From Prochlorococcus sp. AG-679-M23 (GTDB taxonomy: Bacteria; Cyanobacteriota; Cyanobacteriia; PCC-6307; Cyanobiaceae): a DNA stretch of 64,000 nucleotides. Where the stretch lies: assembly GCA_003208875.1 (NCBI GenBank), contig QCUR01000003.1, positions 141,766 through 205,765 on the forward strand. The letters are read 5' to 3'. Shown one piece after another: positions 30,866 to 39,658 of the stretch. The notes beneath the pieces were generated by a model, which saw nothing but the letters and a program-made list of their open reading frames with translations, did no database searches and was not told where the DNA came from. A program made the translations under genes and the position numbers. Each line of letters begins with the position of its first letter. Positions within the stretch are counted from its first letter, which is position 1.

Positions 30866-30950
30866 CGGAGAGGGTGGGATTCGAACCCACGAATAGTTAC
30901 CTATTAAACGATTTCGAATCGTTCGCTTTCGACCACTCAGCCACCTCTCC
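30866..30950 (-). tRNA. tRNA-Ser(CGA)
   Basis: GGAGAGGTGGCTGAGTGGTCGAAAGC..., anticodon arm AACGA-TTCGAAA-TCGTT, long variable arm, GGTTCGAATCCC, discriminator G. Confidence 0.96.
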
Positions 30951-31001
30951 GTAATTAAATAATATATAAAATTTATAAATTCGTTTTTTTTATCTTATTT
31001 A

Positions 31002-32033
31002 TTAATTCCAACCCGCTTCTTTCATCATTTTGATTGCGAGAGAATTATTTTCACCTAACTCATCTACCGTGACTTTATCAGAAGTAAACTCCCCAAAGTT
31101 TTTGACTATTTCATTTTGATTAACTTCATTTAAAGGATGTTCAAAAGTAGGTGCGGCTAAACCCTTACTTCCTTCTGGTGAGGCTAAAAATTCAAGCAAT
31201 TTTATAGCTTCAGACTTGTTAGTAGCATATCTAGCAACACCTCCAGCACTAATGTTTACGTGTGCAGGATTGGGTGTAATAACAGACGTTTTTTTTGCAT
31301 ATAAAGAATCTCTTCTTCCATTAACACCGGCAAGCATTCTTGCAACATAGTAGTGATTGACAATCCCGACACCACATTTTTTCTTGGAAACTGCTCTTAC
31401 TATTGCAATATCACCTGGGAAGAAAGGTTTAGAAACATTAGAAATCATTCCACTTAACCAAGCTTTAGTTTCAGTCTCACCTTTATTAACTATTTGATTA
31501 GCTACCAGAGATTGGTTGTAAGGACTTTTTCTATTTCTTAAACATACTTTCCCTTTTAAAGAGGGATCAGCTAGATCCGAATAGTCCCTTATTTTATTAA
31601 CATCCACAACTTTTGGATTAGCAACCATGACCCTAACTCTTCTAGTTAGCGCATACCATTCCCTACCTGGATCTTTTAAACCATCTGGAACATCGTTCTC
31701 TAAATTTGATGAGTCAATTCTTTGCAGCAAACCTGCTTTTGCAGCATTAGTTATTCTTGCTGCATCAACAAGCAAAATCACATCTGCTTGAGAATTTTTT
31801 CCTTCTCTTTTTAATCTTTCAATTAAAGATATCCCGGCAGCTTCAATAAGTCTTACTTTTATCCCAGTTTCTTCCGCAAATTTCTTATAAACTCCTCTAT
31901 CGGTATTGTAATGTCTTCCTGAATAAACTTTCACTTCTTTTTCAGTTGAGTTAACAGGTATATTTGTATTAAATAAGAAAGTAAGGGTCAAAGCTGAATA
32001 AAAAAGTCTTTTTAGTTTTTGCACTTTTATCAA
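31002..32033 (-). CDS. futA: Fe(III) ABC transporter substrate-binding protein FutA/IdiA
   Basis: VYSGRHYNTD, YNQSLVA, VNHYYVARM, HVNISAGG. Confidence 0.93.
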   Translation of the reverse strand: MIKVQKLKRLFYSALTLTFLFNTNIPVNSTEKEVKVYSGRHYNTDRGVYKKFAEETGIKVRLIEAAGISLIERLKREGKNSQADVILLVDAARITNAAKAGLLQRIDSSNLENDVPDGLKDPGREWYALTRRVRVMVANPKVVDVNKIRDYSDLADPSLKGKVCLRNRKSPYNQSLVANQIVNKGETETKAWLSGMISNVSKPFFPGDIAIVRAVSKKKCGVGIVNHYYVARMLAGVNGRRDSLYAKKTSVITPNPAHVNISAGGVARYATNKSEAIKLLEFLASPEGSKGLAAPTFEHPLNEVNQNEIVKNFGEFTSDKVTVDELGENNSLAIKMMKEAGWN

Positions 32034-32126
32034 TTAGTATCTATGGTTACTTTATATATATCCAACGAGCAAGAATCCTAAAAGAAATTTTCTATACACG
32101 GCCTTGTATCATTTTTTATACATAAA

Positions 32127-32792
32127 ATGAATTATTTAACGCACCAGCTACTTAATGAAGAGGAAATAGAAATATTAAATAACAATATAAAAAAACAAAA
32201 TAATCTTTGGGAAGATGGAAAAAAGACCGCGGGAAGTCATGCTTCAAAAGTAAAAAATAATTTGCAATTAAATAGAAATTCGGAAGTTTCAAAAAAATAT
32301 TCTCAATTAATTAATAAAAAGATCCTTGCCAACTCGCTAATTAAGAGTTTTTCACTACCTAAAATAATCCATGGAACTATGTTCACCAAATCATCGCTAA
32401 ACATGGGTTATGGGAGACATATTGATAATCCATTTATGTCTTCAGGTAGATCAGATTTATCGTTTACTATTTCATTAACTAATAAAGATTTTTATGAAGG
32501 TGGAGAGTTAGTAATTGAAACGATTAACTCTGAGAAAGAATTTAAGCTAAATGCCGGTGAGATAATTATTTATCCAAGTACTTATTTACATTCAGTTAAA
32601 GAGATAAAAAATGGTGAAAGATTAGTATGCGTTGGATGGATCGAAAGTTATGTTAAATCAATTGAACAAAGAGAGTATTTATTTGATCTTGATGCGGGAG
32701 CAAAAAGCATATTAGCTAAACATGGCAGGTCGGATGAACTTGATTTAGTTTTTAAATCTTATTCAAACTTTCTTAGATTGCTTGGCAACTAA
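32127..32792 (+). CDS. PKHD-type Fe(II)/2OG hydroxylase (PiuC/YbiX family)
   Basis: WEDGKKTAG..VKNNLQ, HIDN, RSDLSFT, YEGGEL, YPSTYLHSV, GER. Confidence 0.92.
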   Translation: MNYLTHQLLNEEEIEILNNNIKKQNNLWEDGKKTAGSHASKVKNNLQLNRNSEVSKKYSQLINKKILANSLIKSFSLPKIIHGTMFTKSSLNMGYGRHIDNPFMSSGRSDLSFTISLTNKDFYEGGELVIETINSEKEFKLNAGEIIIYPSTYLHSVKEIKNGERLVCVGWIESYVKSIEQREYLFDLDAGAKSILAKHGRSDELDLVFKSYSNFLRLLGN

Positions 32793-32867
32793 AGAAACAT
32801 TTTATACATGCTGAAGAAATTAGTTATTTAATTATTTAATATATTAATAGTTAAGTTTAAATTTAAA

Positions 32868-33107
32868 ATGCCTAAAAGAAGTGCAATAGCATTATTTGTA
32901 GCAGCAACAAGTGCCCTTTCCATAGCGGCAACAGAGGATATTTCCTTGAAAGCCGGAGAAAATGATATGGGAGGTTTAAAAGAATGGAATACTGATATGC
33001 CAGTTAACTCAGATTTTATATTGGATGAAGCAGCCCAAAAATTAGCTGATGAAGCTGCTAAATCAAGTATGTGTATACCAATTGGAGAGGGTGAAAACTG
33101 CTGGTAA
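32868..33107 (+). CDS. Small putative secreted peptide with C-terminal Cys pair
   Basis: Signal-like N-terminus; ends MCIPIGEGENCW; followed by a terminator. Confidence 0.7.
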   Translation: MPKRSAIALFVAATSALSIAATEDISLKAGENDMGGLKEWNTDMPVNSDFILDEAAQKLADEAAKSSMCIPIGEGENCW

Positions 33108-33151
33108 AAAAATTTCCTAATATCAACAACAAAGTAAATATTTAAGTAGTT

Positions 33152-33182
33152 AAAAAAAAACGCCCTATTCAGGGCGTTTTTT
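33152..33182. terminator. Bidirectional intrinsic terminator
   Basis: AAAAAAAAACGCCCT-ATTC-AGGGCGTTTTTT. Confidence 0.88.
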
Positions 33183-33199
33183 AGTTTCAAAATCTAGTT

Positions 33200-34483
33200 C
33201 TAGAATTTGAATGTAGTTTCTAAAAGTGCACCAGTCAGGTCTGAACTTGCTGTTCCGTTTCTGTCGGAACCACCAAATACAGTTGGAGTTACATTAATAG
33301 AATCATTCACTTGGAATGAATAATAAGCTTCCCAAGCAAAAGGATCAGTTGTTTCTGACTCTTTCTTTTGTGGCTGACCGAAAGCTAATCCAATTCTGTC
33401 ATCAGCTTGGAAAATATCTTGCCAGTTTAAACCTACAAAATACATATTTGTATTACTGTTTGAACTAGCATCTGTTTCAGATGTATCAAAACCAACAGAA
33501 ATTGAAGGGGTAGCATTTCCTGTTTCTGCAGGTCTCCACCATCCTCTTAAACCAATATTGGTACTATTACCATCTCCAGCTCTGGTTTTACCAGCTGAAG
33601 TAGTGAAGTAACTATCAGTCCATCCGTTGTACTTTTGGTTAACAATCGCTGATACTGAATACTGTGGTTGTGTATAACCAACTTGAGTAGCCCAACTTGT
33701 CTTACCATCGTTAGTTAAAACACCTGTAGATTCGTTACCTTTTTGAGTAGTGAAGTTTGTGCTAAAAGCTAGTCCACTATCACCAGTCCATGTCAAGCCT
33801 GCTCCAGGACTTGTACTTGCACCATATGCTGACGCATTACCACCAAGAGTAAACTGTTTTAAAACAGGTTTGTAAATTGATGGGGTTGTACCATGCATAT
33901 AGTAGTTTTCAATCTTAGGTCCAGCAGTAAATGTAAACTTGTCACCTACAGGCATTGAGTACCACAACTTATCAACCTTGAATCCATCTCCATTCTGGTT
34001 GGCAGATGATAAATATGTACCATATGCAGTTTCGTTAAATGGTAGGGTTTTTTCTCCAGCGGAATCTTTAGGACCGTTTCCAGTCTTAATTCTTACGTAA
34101 AGATTGTCATCCCCAGTAAAACTTGTATTCAAGTTCATTACGTACATGTACTGGAAAACAGTAGCTTCATTAAGAGCAGTAATGCTATCATCAGCATCAA
34201 GAGCTCCAACAGAGAAAACTGCTTTACCATCCATTGTTGTGGTATCAGAGAAACCACCTGCTTCAAAATCGTTAAATTGAGTTTCTAAACCATCAATTTT
34301 ATCGTTGACTGTTGCAAGTTCATTTGCAAAAGATTTGCTATTAAATTGTTGTTTTTTTGAAGATGATTTACTACGAGAGTAGCTATTCATACTTTCAATA
34401 TTAATGTCGTTAGCTTGAGCACCGATCGGAGCAATTAAGCCGATAGCTGCACTAGCAACCAACATTTGTTGGAAGAGTTTCAT
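33200..34483 (-). CDS. som: Som-type (OprB-like) outer membrane porin
   Basis: MKLFQQML signal, coiled coil then FSDTT, LNTSFTGDDNLYVR, C-terminal TTFKF. Confidence 0.92.
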   Translation of the reverse strand: MKLFQQMLVASAAIGLIAPIGAQANDINIESMNSYSRSKSSSKKQQFNSKSFANELATVNDKIDGLETQFNDFEAGGFSDTTTMDGKAVFSVGALDADDSITALNEATVFQYMYVMNLNTSFTGDDNLYVRIKTGNGPKDSAGEKTLPFNETAYGTYLSSANQNGDGFKVDKLWYSMPVGDKFTFTAGPKIENYYMHGTTPSIYKPVLKQFTLGGNASAYGASTSPGAGLTWTGDSGLAFSTNFTTQKGNESTGVLTNDGKTSWATQVGYTQPQYSVSAIVNQKYNGWTDSYFTTSAGKTRAGDGNSTNIGLRGWWRPAETGNATPSISVGFDTSETDASSNSNTNMYFVGLNWQDIFQADDRIGLAFGQPQKKESETTDPFAWEAYYSFQVNDSINVTPTVFGGSDRNGTASSDLTGALLETTFKF

Positions 34484-34487
34484 TTTA

Positions 34488-34495
34488 CCTCACAC
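34488..34495 (-). promoter_or_regulatory. Yfr1-family sRNA seed site in the som 5' UTR
   Basis: GTGTGAGG 4 nt upstream of the ATG, complementary to CCTCACAC. Confidence 0.7.
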
Positions 34496-34624
34496 GGAAA
34501 AAACCCACACGAATGGGTAAACAAATTGTATCGAGTGTAACCTTATTGAGTAGGAAAATAAGATTCCTTTGCAAGTATCAATTTATACATAAGCCCTTAT
34601 TTTTGAATATTAATCTCTAGATTT

Positions 34625-35497
34625 TTATTTTTTCACTAATGGGAAGTTTAATAACTCTCTCTCTTTCACCCATGAAGAGGCAACTTCTCTTGCTAAATTT
34701 CTAATCTTTTCAATGTATTGAGCACGATCTGTTACCGAGATTACTCCTCTCGCATCAAGTAAATTAAATACGTGACTACATTTTAAAACATAATCAAGAG
34801 CAGGGTAAGTAAGCTTCTTTTCAGTTAATAAATTTGCTTCATCTTGGTAGATCTCAAATAATTTTCTGAGATTTTCAGGATTAGATTCAGTGAAATTATA
34901 TGAGCATTGACCTTTTTCAAATTGGAGCCAAATGTCACTATATTTCAAATCTTTATTCCATTTCAAGTCCCAAATACTTTCCTTATCTTGCAAGAACATT
35001 GCAATCCTCTCTAAACCATATGTAATTTCAATTGGTATTGGTTTACAATCAATTCCACCACACTGTTGGAAATAGGTAAATTGAGTAACTTCCATCCCAT
35101 CTAACCAAACCTCCCAACCTACTCCCCACGCTCCTAGGGTAGGTGACTCCCAATTGTCCTCTACAAACCTTATGTCATGATCTCTAGGATTTATTCCAAG
35201 AAATTCTAAAGATTTCAAATATTTTTCTTGAATCCCATCTGGGGAAGGCTTAATTATTACTTGATATTGAAAATAATGTTGAGCACGATTGGGATTATCA
35301 CCAAATCTTCCGTCTGTTGGTCTTCTACATGGCTCAGCATATGCAACAGACCAAGGTTCGGGTCCAATTGCCCTCAAAAAAGTATGAGGATTCATTGTTC
35401 CCGCTCCCTTTTCAGTATCGTAAGGCTGCATAATCAAACAACCCTCTTTGGACCAAAAATTATTTAAATTTTGAATTATATCCTGAAAAAACATCAA
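34625..35497 (-). CDS. glyQ: Glycine--tRNA ligase alpha subunit
   Basis: [40 protein letters not shown]. Confidence 0.97.
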   Translation of the reverse strand: MMFFQDIIQNLNNFWSKEGCLIMQPYDTEKGAGTMNPHTFLRAIGPEPWSVAYAEPCRRPTDGRFGDNPNRAQHYFQYQVIIKPSPDGIQEKYLKSLEFLGINPRDHDIRFVEDNWESPTLGAWGVGWEVWLDGMEVTQFTYFQQCGGIDCKPIPIEITYGLERIAMFLQDKESIWDLKWNKDLKYSDIWLQFEKGQCSYNFTESNPENLRKLFEIYQDEANLLTEKKLTYPALDYVLKCSHVFNLLDARGVISVTDRAQYIEKIRNLAREVASSWVKERELLNFPLVKK

Positions 35498-35649
35498 ATT
35501 TTAAGAAGTTTAGAATTTAGATCAATGCCATTAAACATAATAACAAAACTTAAAACAAAAAATATTTTCAACTCTAATTTTTCAAAAGCATTATCTGGTA
35601 TGTGGATAGTATAAAATTTAATCCAATATAAACATAAATTAGAAATTAA

Positions 35650-36036
35650 TCATGAAAAAAAATCTAATGGCAATGGTCCAAAAGTATTAGATTCTTTTGC
35701 ATCTTCATCATATTGGCAAGTTATTAAAATTCCTTCTCCCAGACCATTTTCAGATCTTATATAAACATTTCCAGTTTTTTGATTACCTTTCAAAAAAACA
35801 CTTCCATCAGCATGAAGCGAATCTAAATTACCAAATTTTATTGAGGGATATTTATTAGAAATTGATTGCACTACTTCAATAGCTTTAGTATCACAAGGTG
35901 CCATTATTCCTATTGTTATCCAATCGGCATTATAAATATTAGTTTCTAGTTCTTCTAAAAGTTTTTTTATTTGACTACTGCTTAAAAAAGGAGCAGATCT
36001 AAGACTGTTTAAATCAACTAAATTATTTATTCCCAT
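35650..36036 (-). CDS. DUF1824-like protein
   Basis: WITIGIMAP, VFLKGNQKTG, GLGEGILIT, TFGPLPLDFF. Confidence 0.7.
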   Translation of the reverse strand: MGINNLVDLNSLRSAPFLSSSQIKKLLEELETNIYNADWITIGIMAPCDTKAIEVVQSISNKYPSIKFGNLDSLHADGSVFLKGNQKTGNVYIRSENGLGEGILITCQYDEDAKESNTFGPLPLDFFS

Positions 36037-36062
36037 TTAATTAATACCTAAAAAAATAATAC

Positions 36063-36395
36063 TTAACCAAATGTTCTTCCATTCCAAGCCCACATTGAAG
36101 CAGACACATCCTCGAAAGAAATATAAATCTTATCTATTGGAATTCCCATTTTTTCATAAACAAAATTAGATATTGGCTTTGCCATTTCTGAAGGATTTAA
36201 ACAGCCTATTGACTTAATCTCTAAAAAGCAGCAAGGGCTTTCATCATCGAAATACATTTCGGAATTATCATCTAATTTAGCCATAACGAATCTTTTAGAT
36301 TTATTTGTTAAAGACGAGACTAATATTGAGATTTCTTCAAGTAATTTTTGCTTATCCTCTATTTTTGCAGATGTAGAAACATTAATGTAAGGCAT
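36063..36395 (-). CDS. MIF/phenylpyruvate tautomerase-like protein
   Basis: N-terminal catalytic Pro (MPYI), EIKSIG, WAWNGRTF. Confidence 0.88.
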   Translation of the reverse strand: MPYINVSTSAKIEDKQKLLEEISILVSSLTNKSKRFVMAKLDDNSEMYFDDESPCCFLEIKSIGCLNPSEMAKPISNFVYEKMGIPIDKIYISFEDVSASMWAWNGRTFG

Positions 36396-36397
36396 AT

Positions 36398-36568
36398 TTA
36401 TGCAGCTAAATTATCTTTTTGAAAATCATTTTGTAGATAAAAAGTTTTAGTTTTTAAACCTTTTTTTGATGAAAGATATGCCATATCGTATTGACTAATT
36501 CCGTTTTTATATGGATTGAAAAGGGCGTTTTTAGATCTACTTTTTTTGCTCCTTTTAGATTCAATCAT
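36398..36568 (-). CDS. Small hypothetical protein (56 aa)
   Basis: Not in track; MIESKRSKKSRSKNALFNPYKNGISQYDMAYL..., stop 2 nt before the MIF gene start. Confidence 0.45.
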   Translation of the reverse strand: MIESKRSKKSRSKNALFNPYKNGISQYDMAYLSSKKGLKTKTFYLQNDFQKDNLAA

Positions 36569-36721
36569 TTTAATTAAATTGATATTTAATAATTTAACTT
36601 TTTTTGAATAGATGTCTAGTTTTTTTTTAAAATCTTTAATTAATTAAGTGCTAAATATATTTCAAAATCACAATATGAATATCTATTTACTAAATTTAAA
36701 ATATGTCTCATTAAAATCGAC

Positions 36722-37360
36722 TTGGAAGTTTTAAATAATTATCAAAGAAAAAAGCTTGATGAGAGTAATGACGAAGAATTTTATTCTGACCCAAAATTTG
36801 TCTATCATCTAGATGCTAACTTCAGGCAATATCTATCAAATGTTTATAAAACTGAAATCGCAGATTATTCAACTGTCCTTGATTTAATGTCAAGTTGGGA
36901 TAGTTATTTACCAAAAGAGAAAAAGTATAAAAAAGTTATTGGACATGGATTAAACAAACAAGAACTGGAAAAAAACAAAATTTTTGATTCTTATTGGATA
37001 CAAAATTTCAATTTAAATCAAGAGATTCCTCTAGATAGTGGAAGCGTTGATTATTGTTTAATGGTGGCAGCTTGGCAATATTTACAATACCCAGAAAATT
37101 TAACCAAAGAAATCGTAAGAATTTTGAGTAATCAGGGCAAGATTATGATTGCTTTTTCAAATAGAGCATTTTGGCATAAGGCTCCTAATATATGGACTAC
37201 ATCTACTGAAGAAGAGAGAATAAAATATGTAAGAGAAGTATTAATCACAAACGGATTTAATGAACCAAAAATCATTAAAAAGTTTAACGAACCTTCTCTT
37301 AATATTTTTAATTTTTTAAATAAAGATCCTTTTTATTGTTTAATTGCGACTAAAGAATAA
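36722..37360 (+). CDS. SAM-dependent methyltransferase domain protein
   Basis: FYSDPKFVYHLD, VLDLMSSW, GHGLN, FSNR. Confidence 0.85.
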   Translation: MEVLNNYQRKKLDESNDEEFYSDPKFVYHLDANFRQYLSNVYKTEIADYSTVLDLMSSWDSYLPKEKKYKKVIGHGLNKQELEKNKIFDSYWIQNFNLNQEIPLDSGSVDYCLMVAAWQYLQYPENLTKEIVRILSNQGKIMIAFSNRAFWHKAPNIWTTSTEEERIKYVREVLITNGFNEPKIIKKFNEPSLNIFNFLNKDPFYCLIATKE

Positions 37361-37467
37361 ATTATTAATTTAATGCAGTATAGGAAAAGTTAATGAAAAG
37401 CTAATAATTAAAATCCATAGCCATACTTTTGAATAGTTACTAATATTGGGTAGTTTAAAAATTTTCA

Positions 37468-37713
37468 ATGGGATCTAAAAGAGAAAAATACCCTGAAAAA
37501 TGTCCATGGGATCTAGGACCTAATCAAGATTTGGCAAAAGAAGAAAACTGGACACTAAGATTAGGGGAGGCAAATGTATGTTTTAGCAAAAACAAACTAG
37601 ATGCTAATTACTTTCATGTAATCAGTAATGAAAATGAAGAGCAAATTCTTGCTTTTAGAGCAAGGCTTCTTTATCAGAAATTACTTGATAAAGGATTTAG
37701 ATTAGTAGAGTAA
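37468..37713 (+). CDS. Hypothetical protein
   Basis: 81-aa ATG ORF. Confidence 0.6.
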   Translation: MGSKREKYPEKCPWDLGPNQDLAKEENWTLRLGEANVCFSKNKLDANYFHVISNENEEQILAFRARLLYQKLLDKGFRLVE

Positions 37714-37724
37714 AAAGTGAACCA

Positions 37725-38375
37725 CTAGACTAATAAACTTAGATCCTCAAAAATAAACTTTTGTATTTCTTCTTCTTGGTTTTTATTTAAGTATTTTATA
37801 GATCTTGAATTAAGTATCCAAATATCTTGAGAACCAATATTAATAAATCTATCCTCATATTCCAACTTCAAAGAATTAGCCTTAAGAGTATTAGGATCAA
37901 TTTGTTGGCTAGTATATTTTTTACTTAGGAATCCATTCCCAGTATCGAAGAATTCTTGAACAAAAATTTCTATGATTATTCCGTGGATTTTTCTATAAAC
38001 CATATTTATACAATTATTTTTGACACGATATTTATCACCCTCACTTTTACCGGAAACCATCATTTCAATTCCACTTTCTGAATCTTTAATTAAATTAAAA
38101 TTATTTTTCGAGTGAATTTCTTTAAATTCTCTTTTTACCCTATGGATAGACACTTCGAATAATTGTGAGGATATACTTTTAACTATTTTTTGATCATCAA
38201 TATTATCTATTTCAGGTTTAAAATCTTTACCTAAAACAAAATTACCTTTATAGGTATCATTATTCACGGAGAAAATGCATTTACCTTTATACCCACTAAA
38301 TTTACTATCCCACGTATATCTTCTTTCATAAGCATTTTTAAAAAGTTCTTTGCAGTTTATTTCTGTTAAATTCAT
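37725..38375 (-). CDS. DUF3386-like protein
   Basis: LFKNAYERRYTWD, SQLFEVSIHRVKREF. Confidence 0.75.
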   Translation of the reverse strand: MNLTEINCKELFKNAYERRYTWDSKFSGYKGKCIFSVNNDTYKGNFVLGKDFKPEIDNIDDQKIVKSISSQLFEVSIHRVKREFKEIHSKNNFNLIKDSESGIEMMVSGKSEGDKYRVKNNCINMVYRKIHGIIIEIFVQEFFDTGNGFLSKKYTSQQIDPNTLKANSLKLEYEDRFINIGSQDIWILNSRSIKYLNKNQEEEIQKFIFEDLSLLV

Positions 38376-38407
38376 TATTTAATAAGCATGTTTAATAATA
38401 ATTTTAC

Positions 38408-38443
38408 AAAAAAATCCCCTCTAATTAATAGAGAGGATTTTTT
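38408..38443. terminator. Intrinsic terminator downstream of pcb
   Basis: AAAAAAATCCCCTCTA-ATTAA-TAGAGAGGATTTTTT. Confidence 0.8.
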
Positions 38444-38457
38444 CGTAGTTAATTTAA

Positions 38458-39516
38458 CTAATTTTGTGTAATTTTTGCATTCTCCATATTGTCAAAAGCT
38501 TGACCAATTTTCTTAAAGTCAAATCCCATAGCTCTTAGAGCATGCCATAAATGACCTTGTAAAAAGAAGAATCCTAAATAAAAGTGCGTATTTGCAAGCC
38601 ATGCTCTAGAACTATAAGCTCCAGAACCTAAATCAACAGTGTCAGTAAAGTAAGGAGCAAATTCAAATGAAAGCTTTAATGGTTCCCCATAAAGATCAAC
38701 TGGATAAATAGTAGTATTTGAAGCACACCAGAATGCTGCTACAAAAGCCATATAAGAAACTCCTACTACTGAGTAAGAGAGGATCGCCTCAGCACCTAGT
38801 AATCCTTTACCTTTGAATTCTGTATATTCTCCAAATTGTTTTGTGCAAATATGGAAAACCCCTCCAATAATTTCTAAGAAGGCTAAGAACGCATGACCAC
38901 CCATAATATCTTCCAAGCTATCAATTTTAAGAAAATCAAACTGATGATTCCAAATAGCAGCGATATCTAAATTGTAAATTACTTGTCTTGTGGAACCAAT
39001 CGCAGGATCGTAAATACCATGAATGCGAGCCCATTCAACAAACATTATTGCTCCAAGTCCTAAGAAAATAAGATGATGACCAAGTATAAAAGTCAATTTA
39101 TCAGGATCATCCCACTCGAAATCAAATTTTTGAGGCTTACTATTTTCTGGATAATCTCCAAGATCACCTGCAAATTTGTTGGAATGTAATAATCCACCAG
39201 CACCTAATACTGCTGAGAAGATTAGATGCAATGTGCAAATTACAACAATTCCATATGGTTCTGTAATGACTCCATTCTCAATCCCTCCAATCCCAATGCC
39301 AGCGAGGTGAGGCAAAACAATTGCTTTCTGAGCACCCATTGGAATACTGGCGTCATAACGAGCTAATTCAAATAATCCAAAAGCCCCTGCCCAGAACATC
39401 ATTAATCCTGCATGTGCAGCATGAGCAGCTATGAATTTACCTGAACGGCCAACAACACCAGAATTACCTGCGTACCAGTCATAGGTAACATCAGTTTTTC
39501 CGTAGTTTTGTAACAC
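38458..39516 (-). CDS. pcb: Pcb/IsiA-family chlorophyll a/b-binding antenna protein, probably iron-stress type
   Basis: YDWYAGN, AAHAAHAGL, LGHHL, GHLWHALRA; no CP43 large loop; downstream of flavodoxin. Confidence 0.93.
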   Translation of the reverse strand: MLQNYGKTDVTYDWYAGNSGVVGRSGKFIAAHAAHAGLMMFWAGAFGLFELARYDASIPMGAQKAIVLPHLAGIGIGGIENGVITEPYGIVVICTLHLIFSAVLGAGGLLHSNKFAGDLGDYPENSKPQKFDFEWDDPDKLTFILGHHLIFLGLGAIMFVEWARIHGIYDPAIGSTRQVIYNLDIAAIWNHQFDFLKIDSLEDIMGGHAFLAFLEIIGGVFHICTKQFGEYTEFKGKGLLGAEAILSYSVVGVSYMAFVAAFWCASNTTIYPVDLYGEPLKLSFEFAPYFTDTVDLGSGAYSSRAWLANTHFYLGFFFLQGHLWHALRAMGFDFKKIGQAFDNMENAKITQN

Positions 39517-39658
39517 TTGATTTAAATAAACAGCAAATTGAGCTTATTGCTAATTCGAGTGATTTTTACAAGATCTTTACAGGCATTAATCATTTATGTA
39601 AAAAAAACATACCATCAGAGAACAAATGTTACAAAGGAACAGAAATATCTTAAAAGAT

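Larger units (their letters stand above)
19443..30876. mobile_element. Genomic island at the tRNA-Ser 3' end: three tandem att-bounded cassettes (tycheposon-like, no integrase recognised)
   Basis: Copies of the tRNA 3' end at 19443, 21750 and 29550; cargo of RM system, TPR protein and hypotheticals interrupts core genes. Confidence 0.88.

Noticed and set aside
19443..30876. Prophage, phage satellite or autonomous integrative element
   Set aside because: No integrase, primase/helicase, terminase or capsid ORF recognised
32828..33190. 120-aa minus-strand ORF
   Set aside because: Antisense shadow of the 79-aa peptide gene; spans the terminator hairpin
39565..39583. HLR1/RpaB-like TTTACA direct repeat upstream of pcb
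   Set aside because: Repeat period is 11 bp rather than 10 and the context is AT-rich; too weak to call
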